Part shown: one piece after another, positions 52,532 to 64,000 of the stretch | Position numbering within the stretch: position 1 is the stretch's first letter | How the letters are laid out: every line of letters starts with the position of its first letter | DNA from: Klebsormidium nitens | Taxonomy: Eukaryota; Plantae; Klebsormidiophyceae | DNA: 64,000 bases | Direction: 5' to 3' | Assembly: GCA_000708835.1 (NCBI GenBank) | Contig: DF237042.1 | Coordinates: 62,001 to 126,000, forward strand | Position numbers and translations under genes: made by a program | The notes under the pieces: model-generated | What the model was told of the DNA's origin: nothing | The model's database searches: none | The model's input: the letters and a program-made list of their open reading frames with translations, nothing else

Positions 52532-55025
52532 ATGATGCAGCTTCTCAACAAGGTCGACTCGATTGAGCTGGAAAAATGCATCTCAAAAGCGGAGAAAGAA
52601 CCTGATGAAGCTGCAAGGTAAGTCACAAAAGTTGCTGAGCTCAAGTGGTGGCCCTCACCACTTATATCAGGAAAATCATAAGGGAACTTATAGAGCAACG
52701 TACATGACAGTGGCACTTGCACCTTGCACCTTGGGTGCGAGATGCTTCTGACCAGGAGCTCTGGGAAGGGAGCCAGTCGTCTGTGGACAGCATTGCCCCC
52801 TCATTGCCCCATACAAAGTTCCAACATTCAATCGTTTTCCCAACTCAGTAGCAGCGGACAATCATTGACATGATAGGCAGGATCTTACTACAGGGAAATG
52901 TTGGTTTTTTCTTGTTCGCACGTGCTGAAATCCAACTTGGGCCGTCTTCTAGTAGCCCACTTACACATAGCGTCTTGGAACAGGCTGCTGGCAACGAGCT
53001 ACGGTCTTCCGGATCCCATGTTCGACTCGCAAGCAGCGATTCAAACAGATTTCCTTGTGGACGTGCTGAGGTATGCTGCCGATCACTCGTCCTTACTTAA
53101 GTAAATGACCAGTTTTTTTGTGGATGGCTGTATGAATCTTTTCAGACAAGCATACGAGTACGGATGCAAAACTACCCTGAAAGGCTACAAAAGTCCACAT
53201 GGGTGGTAACATGGTACGACAATGCGTTGCACGTCACCGTGCTAGTCCATTGATCCAATTGCTCTGCAAATACCATCATCGTTGGCGATCATGGTGCCCC
53301 TCCACTTCCTTCTCATGATTGCATCTGACACAGTTATTACGAAAGCAGGTTCTGCTTAAAGCACGGCTACAGTCTTCAACAGACCTCGACCTTGCACAGC
53401 ATTGCACATGGTCTCGTCGAGCAGACAAAAGGTAAGCAGGTCAGGCGCTTGTGCAGTCGCACAGACGCCTGCATCGAGTTCAGCCAGCTTCCTCATGGGA
53501 GCGTTTCGTACCACCACGGAGGGTCACTTTTGTAGTTCCCATTCAGAAGCTAATAACATTGCTTGCACATGGCGGTTTGAGGTGCAGGTCAAGAACAATA
53601 GCAGTGTTGATTTCTGTCTGCCAGGCTTGCAGTAACCTGGTTTCACATATCTCGTTTCGATTGTTTACAGCTGAACGAAACGGGTGAAGCAAATGCAGCT
53701 CAACGAGGTACTGGAATCTGAGGTTTAGAGACTGTGTCAATGAGCAATGGTTGGTCTATGCAGGGGGCGCTTCGTTTGCTGAGCTCGAGACGTTGTTCAA
53801 GCAACAAATGCTGGCCTTCGTGACTCTTAAAAGTGGCAGCGATGCACCGCTGCTCTTCACCACACTGGATGTGAAGCATGTCACCGACTTCTTCACAAGC
53901 GGGTAAGTCGCGAAGCTCAAGTGTGCCCAAAAACGTGATTCATACTCTACCTGAAGCGATGTAAACTGGAGCGATGTGAAGGACATGCAGTCTCTTACTC
54001 AGTTAGGTCTTCAGGTAGAGAGCAGTAGTGGTTTCATAAGTCAGTCGAAGATCATTTGATCTCGACGTACATGATGAGCCCCGATGTTACCTGGATCGGT
54101 ATGCAACGCGGAAGTGACCTCTTGCGCCCGGCTAAGCAGACCGTTGAATCAACTCGAAGCTGAGCCGCTGGTAAAGCGTTTTGCGTGCTTTTGCAGTTTC
54201 TTCCAACACCTCCGGCTGTATCAATATTGTCTTACGAAGGAACAGGCGCACCTGGCCTTGCAAGAGCAGGTCATGCTAGAAACAGCGGAGCTGGGCTTTC
54301 CTCCCCTGTCCGAAGCTATGACGGAGGCAGAACGCGATGATTGGCAGGTGTGTTGTGTTCTGTCCGCCTTTGAAGCAATTTTCCTGAAAACCTCTTGTTC
54401 TGCGTCGGCTAAAAGTCGGATGAGCTGAGATGGAAAAATGACGAACAGACTGCTGTGGACAAGCACTTGATCAATTCGTACTGCTCGCAACTCCAATGGA
54501 CCTGTTGTTTCTTAAAGGCAGTCGCGTTACAATGAACACTTCATTGCTTGACTGACGCCGTCGTCTTCTGTCCAGTCCGGTAGAGCCTTCCAATGTCTGT
54601 TTCGATGTTATCGGTGTCGCTATTTCACTCATTCGTTCTGTCGAAGCTTCGAGAATCTTGCAACTATGATTTTTGCTCAACATGAGTGTATTGCTTCTGA
54701 GCAGGCGTCTCGAGCGGCGGCAGCGGCTGCTGCAGAGGCGGAAAGGAGGGCCAGGGCCGAAGCTGAGGAAGCCGCGCGCTTGGCAGCCGTCGAAGCCGCT
54801 CGGATCGCTGCCGAAGAGGAAGCCAAGAAACGAAAACCGCAGACGTTGGAAGAAGCCGTCGAGTTTGCGGTACGGGATCGGTTAGCTGCGGAACGGAAAG
54901 CGATCGAAGAGGAGCATGCAAAACGAGAGAAGGAGCTATTGGACCGGATCGCGCAGCTTGAAGCGGCGCGAGCCAAGATGGCAGGCGACGGGGGAAATAA
55001 GAGCCGCGGGTCCATTCAGGGTTGA
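52532..55025 (+). CDS. CLAMP-domain flagellar central-pair protein (CFAP119/C1a-32-like) with an Ala/Glu/Arg coiled-coil tail
   Basis: Exons ~52532-52617, 52984-53070, 53349-53431, 53764-53902, 54197-54347 and 54705-55025 are phase-consistent. FTTLDVKHVTDFFTSGFFQHLRLYQYCLTKEQ matches the remembered CLAMP signature F....V..I.DY....YF.HY.LY.Y.FT. The 5' end is uncertain. Confidence 0.78.
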
Positions 55026-55928
55026 AAGTCGAAGTCCAGTACAGATCATTTTGTGGATCTACCTCAGATTCGTGGTCACAGTACGCTCATGTTCGGCAAG
55101 GGACTTGTCATGAGCTATGTTTTCTGCATCAATCCTACAGTCCCTCAAGTAGGAAAGCGCGACAGTCGGTCATTTGAGTCATACTAGTACGTTTCCAAAT
55201 GCGCGCTCACTGGTTAGAGGGTATGAAAGCCGGGGAGTGCCATTTGCAATCTTTTGTTCCTTCAGAGCTACTATGCTTTGAATCGTATTATTTGATGCGG
55301 CAACGGGGACAACGGCCTCCATTGCATACGAATGATCTGCAAGATCAGGTTGTTGATCGTCCGAGGGCCGGGCCAGTGCCCGTGCGTCCATGGAGGATCA
55401 TGTCACACCAATGCATTCTTGGCATCGACGCGAGCTGATCATTCAATCAAGGGCTAGTCCTAGCAAGCTCGCGTTATCAGATTGCATGCATTATCATTGC
55501 AAACTGCATATGGCCGAGCAATGAAGGCATGCAATCGTTCAAGAAAATGTCGTGTAACGTCGTGTCATTTCGGCGTTGACCCAGCGTCTTATGATCTAAA
55601 ATACGCCACATACGTGATCATACAGCTGATGCCGCATGTACAACGGGCGGCCCCGCCGGGCCCCCCGAGTTGCGACAATCCCATCTGCATCTTACCACAT
55701 CATTCAACGAAAATCTTTGAGAATATGAAAAGTTATCATGCCTTGAACATGTGCATCTCGACATGTTTTTGGATATTTATATCAAGACGCATGGGCGTGG
55801 TTGCCGCGGAGCACTATTTGCCACTGGTGGGTCCGGCTTGCGAGAACTTTTCCGCTTTGCCTTGACGTTCTATCAATCTTTGATTGCTCAGCTGCTTTGT
55901 CCAGGAAACCGTCCTCGTCAAGGTTCTG

Positions 55929-58900
55929 TTAGATCCCAAGCTTTAGAGCTTTTGAGGTGCTCGCTGCTTGAGCACATCTCACTAGCTTGGACATCGCGGA
56001 TCCTCGGAGACATGCAAATCTGCTGTCAACAGCCAACTGCTCAAGCTGTTCTAGTATCGCTCCCGTTATACGGCCAAAGTATGCACCGAACATGCCCGCG
56101 TTCCGCGCGTTCCTGTGCTGGAGAAATGACGACTGCGTTTCGAAATGCTGACGGACCCACCTTTCGAGCAGCCCTGTGCCATGAAACGGTGTGACAAAGA
56201 TTAGTCGCAGCACTCTCCTTGAGGCGACCAGGTGACTGTACAAGAGTACGATGTTCAGAGGCAGCTCAATTTCGGCTTCCAGATTTTATTGAAAGCTGCT
56301 TTGTCCTGGCTGCTAATGCTTCTCAAAAGTAAAAGGTGGAAACGAGAGCTTGACAGTCATGCTCTTTGACCGCGTCTTTGTTCACGCATGGTAGTCAAAA
56401 TGCAGGTAAGTAAACGGGAGAGAAATGATAAGCGGTGAAAATTCAGTCGGTTGAGCACCCCTCACTTTCGTCTGACTTTGCCGCCGTCTCTGTCCAAGAT
56501 CTGCTCAGGTTCATAACAATGGAGTCCGCGACATTGAGCCTGAAAATGAGAGATGGACAAGATTTTTGCCGACAGGAACATTATTCGGTGTAAGGCTTGG
56601 TCAAGCGGAATCCATTTCGGAATAGTCTCATCCGTTGTGTAAATGCCCCTATCTGAGCTGAAAACGGCTGCGTTAGCTCGAGGCGTGATAACCACAGAAG
56701 ACACACGAGTCCCCACCCGATGGAACCCCGATATAGGGATCATGCCCTAGTGACGCAAAGTCCCTGCATGGAACGACGTGCTCACATAGAGAACGAGGCC
56801 TCATAGGCCTCCGCAACGGCCGCATCCTGAAGCACGTCCCGTTCGAGTAGAATGTGAGCGACTGCCGCCAGCTCTTCTTCGACGAGAACAAGTACCCTCT
56901 GGGCAACTGGAGGGATCTTGGCAAGCTTCACCAAGACGTCACAAATCTGCTCGCGCACAACCTCCGCACGCTCCTCTTGCCCGGGCTGACCTGCTGCGTT
57001 GAAGAAAGAGCAGACTGGTTTTCCAGTATGAAGGCGGCTTGATCCCCTCTTAAATTGGACATAGGAGCTTTGAAACTCTGGACGCGCATCTCTGCGATTC
57101 GTGTAGAAGGTTCTGCGAGCTTGCACTTCGAGACTCACATTGTTTTGGGAACGGTCAAATGGAAGGTATGATCTGTCGAACGCGGTGCGCATCCTTCGGA
57201 TAAATTTGTGTTACTTACCGCTGTCACGAAGGCCTCGCAATGTCTTCAACAAGCAGCTAATCAGGCGCTCAACTTCCAACAGCGCTCCATCGCTTGTTAA
57301 GTCAGTGACTGCTGGCATATGAGGCACCTCCTTCGAAGCCTCTGCCAAAGAGGACAAAGGATGCTCATTTCAGTGGCCCAGCTGAAATTTTGGTTCAGCA
57401 TGCAGATAAGGTAAGAAGATTAAAGAAGCTGGATCAGTGAGTGAGGGGCACGATTGCGAGATTCCATTCTCGAAGAAAAGCGCAGCCAGAGTGAAGAGTA
57501 CTTTAGCTTTGTATCCTCACCCTGTAAGAAGTGGATTGCCTCTCTCAGATGATCCTCGCTTTGTCGGTTCATGTCCTGTTTAAAGATACAGGTAAAGCGT
57601 GATTCTCTAGGCTTGAACTCAAAGAGCATCTCAGTCACTGACCCGTAAGAACAGATTCGCTTCCTCTTTTCGCTTCTTTGCATTCCTGTGGGGCTTGAGG
57701 AATTCACGAATGAAGTTTGGAGAATAAACTGGAGCTTTTATCATACCTGCACCGAGACCAACGCAATGACGAAGTCGACAACCATTGCCGCAATGTGTCT
57801 CCTGCTTTCCTCAAACGACGTACTGTCCGAACGATTGTGCAAGCCGCCTGCATGTATGCGCACCAGTCTGATCCTGGACGTCCAATTGGATGTATGGAGC
57901 TCTATGCTCGACACTCAGGATGACGGCTACCTCAGAACACGCGAAACGTATGTGCAACTGCCACAGGAAAACTAGAGAAATGTACAGATCTTTCTTTGCA
58001 GGTCGGTTGTAGCTCTCAAAGAAGGATCAGCAAGAGGATATGAAGCTTCGACTTTGACATTGCGAACTTGCCTTCGTCCTTGTGATGGATCCGGTGAAGT
58101 GTCAGTACTGCAAGCAGAGCTTTTGATGGTCAAATCAGGATGTACGTCAGAATATCAGTTTCACCTTTAAAGTCCAGGGATGATCTCCGCTTTTTTACCC
58201 GAGACAAGAAGCAGATTATGCACCGTCTACTCAACCTCTTACTCCAAGTCAATTCTAGGACACTCGTTAAAGGCTCCAATGTGATGAGAAGTTGCTTATA
58301 TTTTTGAGTTTCTCAATAGGGTAATTCATGTCTCATCCTTTAGCTGGCAGCTTCTAGTTTGATCTGCTGACTTGCGAGCAATGCTTCCATTGTTGAGCAG
58401 AGCACTGAACGCACCGTTTTGAAGAAACCTTTGAACTCTTCTGGTATGTTCGCCACATGCGGCATGGTTCCCCATGTCCGCATCTTCATGCCCTTCGTTC
58501 TCAAGCGTCTCTTGCCGTTCGTTGAGTGCTGGGAGTCCCTTGAGGATTTCCGGTGCGTCTCGATCTGCATCATGATCAGAAACACTGGAATCTCCTCATC
58601 TTTTGCGTTTGGTTGACGCTCTTCAGATACAGCTGCTGGGAAGAAGATTGATCCTGGTCAGGCGGATCAGAAGCTTTTTCCAGATTTGTAGATTATGCTT
58701 TCTGCGTCACCTTCACCAAAAGACAGTACAACTTACCACCCAAGCGCCGCAGCGTTCGTCGCATTTCCTCTGTAGATTCCTCGAGCCCCTGGGCCTATTG
58801 AAGATTGATTGGGCACGTTCAATCGTACATTTGGGCACAGCTTCCTTTTCTTCAACACCTCTGACGACTTCGTGTACCATAAGGGTCTACGTTGGCTTGA

Positions 58901-59411
58901 AGTAAATAAGCATCCGCTGAGCTGCAAGCGCAAGCTGTCATTCCGACTACTGAACGGAGTGTGCTACAAGCTGCAAGCCATGGCACGATAGCACTACTCT
59001 TTAGGGGCATGAGACACCAGGAAACTCAGCAATGCTTGAACGGTCAAAGTACGTTTTGAACAGTATTGCACCAGGAAATGAAAACGAGAGATACTCGCTA
59101 GATCTACTCGCTAGATCTGCATATGAAACTACTCATTTTGAAGCAGAACATAATCTGGAATTGACTGGATGGAACCGAATTGGTAAGGAGAGACATCAAG
59201 TAGACAAGTAGCCCAAGCATGCCTCTAGACTTGCCATTCGTTTCCACTTCTGAGCTTCCGCCCTGTCTTGTTGCCTTGATCGAACGATTGCCATCGCTAG
59301 GCTGAACTTAAAGTCCCCAGATTCTGTGTCCTCCATGGAAGCTGGTCCCATCCGCGCAACCAGTTGGTCTACGGCAACTTCAGCAGGGTTCGAGACACGA
59401 ACAAGTGCCAT
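55929..59411 (-). CDS. PRD2: Meiotic double-strand-break protein PRD2/MEI4 homolog
   Basis: N-terminal KFSLAMAIVRSR...AQKWKR resembles PRD2 LRLAIAVSLLRSK...ALRWKQ. Phase-consistent exons give SEDHLREAIHFL, EQICDVLVKLAKIPPVAQRVLVLVEEELAAVAHILLERD, SMLNVADSIVMNLSRSW and LLERWVRQ...NARNAGMFGAYFGRITG, colinear with remembered Arabidopsis PRD2. The exon structure at 58400-59230 is unresolved. Confidence 0.7.
59092..59117 (+). repeat. 13-bp direct tandem duplication (TACTCGCTAGATC x2)
   Basis: Read directly in a presumed PRD2 intron. Confidence 0.85.
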
Positions 59412-60109
59412 TTTGAACGCCTGACCAGGCAACGACTACTGGCTTAAGTTCGTGATGCAGAGTTGCTTCGTATGTTTACGAAGCTTAGCAAGTGCGTCGG
59501 GGGGGCAACATTGATCAAAGAAGATTGATCAGGTATTGCATTTGTGACAGCGCCTCAGAAGGAGCCGCTTCTTCAGATCATTAGCCCGTCGGCAACATCC
59601 CACTCTGAAGGTTTGGCCTAGGACCTGGACGCGAGGCAACAACTAGTGCCACCCTATCATAGTATCATGCATGATGCTTGAAAGATGAATTGAATGCTCA
59701 ACATTGCCAAGGGGCGACTGCGTGGCCTCTATTACGACCTCTCGATCGTCCGATAAGGGGAGCTCGCTGATCGAATGGACAGGGCTTCGGGGTGGTTTGG
59801 CCGGTTCTTCAAACTGGTCCCAGGAGCGTAAGGCCTAAGTTTGGATCACTTGGAAAGGTTTACTGAGCAGTGAGCTAGTGAAGTGAGCGAGCACAAACGA
59901 GCACACATCATGGTGGCAATTCATAGGTTATCCTTCCTGTAGTGTTTACTCTCTTTCTCATCTATTATGTACAAAGGGCTGGGAGTTGGAGCTGTCTTCA
60001 GTTGATCAGTCCTGAGCTTTTTAAGATTGTGACGTGATACCCAGGTGACTGCTTGGTGACCTCTGAAAAGGCGCTTGTTGCTCCCCCATCGTAGCTGCAG
60101 CAGGGCATT

Positions 60110-63100
60110 ATGCTCTTGAGAAGTTGCCAGCAAGGGCTCACGCACATAGGACACCACCATTTGCATCAAGGTGGCCTTCTAGGAGGCAGCATTTCTAGTA
60201 GACAAAAAGCCGTTACAGGAGGAGTGAGCAAGCAGACTGTGCCCAGATTCTGGAATTTCAGCGCCCTTCAATTGTTGAGCCCAAAGACAAGTACGCACAA
60301 TGAAAGGTTGAGGTCACCAATCTCAATACACAAAAAGCAACATCAGTGGGCATTTGGGCTCAGTACTCCTGCCTCCCATTGCTCAGAAAGGAGGACAGTG
60401 GGAATAAGGGCAGCCATGGCTAGTTCTTCACAGGTCACTTATGAGAAGGGCGGCAGTCACCGTGCACCAAATCTGATATTGCAGGACCACTGGTTCCAGG
60501 TTCCTCTTGACTATGCCAAACCAGATTCCCACTCCCTGCGGATATTTGCCAGGGAAGTGGTGTCTGCTAAAGCATCATCGGAGAAGCTGCCCTACCTGAT
60601 TTACTTGCAAGGAGGTAGGTCAGTCATGTTGCTGAGGATGTTCCCTTTCTGCACCTACTTCATAAACCACTGCAGTGGCTTCCAACATTTTGCCACCATC
60701 ATTGGGCTCTCCCAAGTCTGCCCAAGCCATCTTGGAGTCTCGGGTTAGCTTCGGATGTTGGCAGTTGACCAACTTGGTCGCTCCATCAACACTGATTTCC
60801 AATTGCAAGCATATTTTTGATTGGTTAGTCCAACAGAGCAGTGCACCACATTGAAGGCGCACTGGCGAAGAGGCTGCTGATACTTGTCTCCATCCTTGCT
60901 TCACAGGACCTGGTTTTGAGTCACCTAGGCCCACAGGTGAGAGTGTATTTCCTCTTAACGTGAATCGCTTGCTCACTAGCATCTCTCAAGCTTTGACTGG
61001 CAGGAAAATGGAAGCGGGAACTGCATCTCCATTTCCATCAGCTTACTGTCCATATTCACGTTGTCAGCGTTGGGGCTACTGTTGCGCAGCTACTATGACA
61101 AACAACAGCTGCAACGTTTTTCTGTCCTTGCTGCAGACGAGGGGGGCTGGCTGAAGAAGGCCTGCGAGAAGCACCGCGTCCTTCTACTAGATCAGCGCGG
61201 CACTGGTCTCTCCTCCTCAATATCCGCAGCCGCTCTTTCGGCCATTGGATCCCCCTCCAAGCAAGCAGAGTTTTTGACGCACTTCCGCCAGGACAACATT
61301 GTCCGAGATTGTGAATCCATACGGATCGCTCTCAAGGTCACTCAATGGACGGTGCTTGGTCAGAGCTTTGGAGGGTTCTGCACGCTGACTTACCTGAGTC
61401 TGGCACCTGAAAGCATAAAGACGGCATTGATTACTGGAGGCCTAGCGCCTGTCTCATACGGCTGCACGGCGGATGCTGTCTACATGGCACTTTATGGACA
61501 GGTGATTCTGCAGGTAGGCCGCCACTGCTTGTGCATTCAAATCCAGTCATCTGAATCAAAATCTGCGCAGACTGGACCTTTCACTTATCGGCGCCTATCT
61601 TGCTGAGCTTCAGGTAGTAATGAAACAGACGTTAGTAGCCGCTCCGAAGACTTTCCTCTACTTTCTCGATCCCATTCCTCTCCGTTTGCCAGGCGTGTTG
61701 CAGTTTGATTTGAGCTCAATCCTTGTAAGGTTCTACAGTCATCCGTAAGCAGTAGGAGCAAACTACGAAAGACTGCGACCCTGCCTATTCTTGCAGAACC
61801 AAAAGTACTATGCCCGCTTTCCAGAGGACGCTGCCCTTGTGCGGTCCATTGTCCTGCACCTGGCAGACAGCCCCAGCCTGTCAGTCCCTCTTCCTTCAGG
61901 CGGAGTCCTCACTCCCCGTGGCCTCCAGCTTCTGGGGCTTTCGGGCCTGGGTTCCGCAGGAGGGTTTGAGCGCCTGCATTATCTGTGAGTTTTCTCCTGT
62001 TAGATGCTTCGTCTAGGAACTTATAATCTCTCCTGTCTACCAAACTAATCCAGTCGTGCAACCCTCGTGTTTGTTTCTCAGTCAAGGTCTTTGCATCAAC
62101 TTGAAATGATTGCAAGAAGGGTCCCTTTCAGAAAACATCTGCCTGGGAAGATTCGCCATACACGACCGCCTTGACGAACTATAGATTCCTCCCACGAGTA
62201 CGATTGTACAAGACTTGAAGTCCCGGAGATTTTCGATATCACCTGGGCCTTTTTCTTGCCTGTCCGGCCCTTCGACTTTGCTAGGAGAGTTTGGACGGTC
62301 TGATACAGCTGTTGTTGTGTTCTTCGACTCCTAGAAACGTAAGGTTGGGTAAAGATCATCCCTGTCCCTCACGGCTTCATTCTGCAAAACACAGACTAGA
62401 ACGCGCTTGGGATGCTTGTCTACCTGGAGGACCCGACGAAAGTGGGAAGAGCCGGAAGTTATCCTACACCTTCTTGCGAGGGGTAAGCTTGGAGGCACAA
62501 GCATTCTGGCGCGCTCTGAAAGCGTTCTCGAGCATGTGCTTCTTTAAGAGCAGAGTCTTCGTCGACTTTCTTTTTACCTCTGTCCGAGGAAAGGCGTTGT
62601 TTCTGGGATTGTGCTGCGCCGCTTATCCTTTTTTGCCTCTCATCTTTTTGATGGCACTGCGCAGATTTGTGCGTTTGCCTTCTGACGTGTCCCACCAATC
62701 TCGTCTTGCAGTTCGAGAACTGGCTCTCGTTCGACACGAACCCGCTGTATGCGGTCCTGCACGAGGCAATCTACTGCCAGGTCAGTGCACTCTTCCTGGG
62801 GCAAGCGTTATTCGTGCAGTCCCCTCATGTATAAGCGAACAGTCTTGCACTTTCTGCATCAGAGTCATTGTCAACGATCTGTGGTAGGATGTTATCTGAT
62901 TTCGAAGCTGTACTATTCCTGCTTTGCATTCTCCAATTGATCGTTCTCTTGTTTCGGGCAGGGAGAGGCTTCTCGGTGGGCCGCTCAGCGCATTCGAGAG
63001 CAGAAACACCTCGCCACCAAGTTCGATGCCGTGCAAGCTGCACGGGAGGATCGGCCGGTCTACTTCACCGGGGAGGTGAGCTTGAGCATCTAAACGGCAA

Positions 63101-64000
63101 TGTAATGTGCCGTTGCCAACATAAGACTGCTCTTTCTTTAAAAGCCAGCATTCGAGAGGGGCCTCGAACATCACTCCCAGCGGCTGTGCAAAGCATGAGT
63201 CTTGCATCGCAAGACACTTTACACCGTGCCACTTTCGACGGCTCTTGGTGACTCTCAAGGGCGTCTGGAATCTTTTAGAGGAACCTGGCAGGGTCGACAG
63301 TGATTGTAAACGCTTAGAGGTCTGTCCGAGGTTCTGTATTCTGTATGCTTCTCAACCGACGGGTCTTGCTCTCCTAAATCTACACTCATGCAAGGGCGTT
63401 GAATCTGCTCGGAAAGGATCTGGCAGGTCTCGACAACGATTGCGAGAATCGAGTCTTCTCATGGGTTCTGTATACCTTTCATCCTTGACATCAATTCTGA
63501 TGCAGATGATCTTCCCCTGGATGTTCGACGAGTTGGCCGGGCTTCGGGAGCTCAAAGAGGTCGCTGACATCCTGGCTGAAAAGGCAGACTGGGGCGAGCT
63601 GTACCGCACAGACGTTCTTAGAGAAAACAACGTGAGCACGATCGAGCCGCTCTTGGTTCAAAAAATCAGGGAGCCTCTGAGAGAGAGCCGGGAAATGATG
63701 CTTGAGGATCGACTGTGCCGCTCGCCGCCGGGGCTTGACAGCCAATTCCAAACTCGGGCACCCAAGAAGTTACGCGGCCAGTCTGCGCTTCATAAAGTGC
63801 GGAAATCGACATGAAACTATACTCTCCGCCTTCGCGGAAACTATCGAACACTCCGTCAAAAACAGCATCTTGGTTGCGAGGTTATTGGGCCCGAGAAGCT
63901 TTTGTTCCAACTCTGCGAAAAGCGCTCGGTAGGCTGTTTCCGGGTGGTGCTTTTCCGCGAGTGTTGCCTGTTGGGAAGTGTAACTTTACGGAAATGTCTT
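60110..64000 (+). CDS. Proline iminopeptidase / prolyl aminopeptidase (alpha/beta-hydrolase, S33), 3' end beyond the window
   Basis: Exons 60110-60614, 60907-60936, 61137-61513, 61797-61984, 62395-~62483, ~62712-62780, ~62961-63076 and 63506-63631. Motifs F.VPLDY, YLQGGPGFESPRP, LLDQRGTGLS, nucleophile GQSFGG, NPLYAVLHEAIYCQG and YFTGEMIFPWMF. Confidence 0.93.

Noticed and set aside
53402-53635. ApaG-like stretch (FRTTTEGHFCSSHSEANNIACTWRFEVQVKNN)
   Set aside because: It falls within an intron of the CLAMP-domain gene, whose flanking exons join in frame without it; the resemblance is weak.

Overview
This is eukaryotic nuclear DNA, intron-rich, with GT-AG introns and GC3-rich exons. Gene content (plastid-targeted bS20 and plant-type ferritin, CcmH, an expansin-family gene, a PRD2/MEI4 homolog, a CLAMP-domain flagellar protein) points to a flagellate-capable streptophyte, probably a Klebsormidium-like charophyte alga; this is an inference. 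By hand-splicing I recover about 13 protein-coding loci: an LEA-like 3' end, DUF924, an RCC1-repeat protein, a 9-exon expansin invisible in the ORF track, a C12orf56/DUF4551-like gene, CcmH, plastid rps20, RPN1, NDUFV1, ferritin, a CFAP119-like gene, PRD2-like, and a prolyl aminopeptidase running off the window end. There is also an inverted pair of intronless RBR E3-ligase copies, one decayed and one with a single in-frame TGA. No tRNA, rRNA, CRISPR array or autonomous transposon was recognised. The most unusual observations are: (1) a full-length plant-type ferritin whose ferroxidase-centre and 3-fold-channel residues are replaced; (2) a stack of five duplicated 3'-splice-site/exon-start decoys inside one RPN1 intron; (3) an expansin with an EXL-type DFxLS motif instead of HFD and an 18-nt microexon; (4) the RBR inverted pair; (5) a meiotic PRD2-like gene with candidate GC donors; (6) palindrome-rich spacer blocks at nearly every gene 3'-end junction. 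Family assignments come from remembered motifs, not from database searches.
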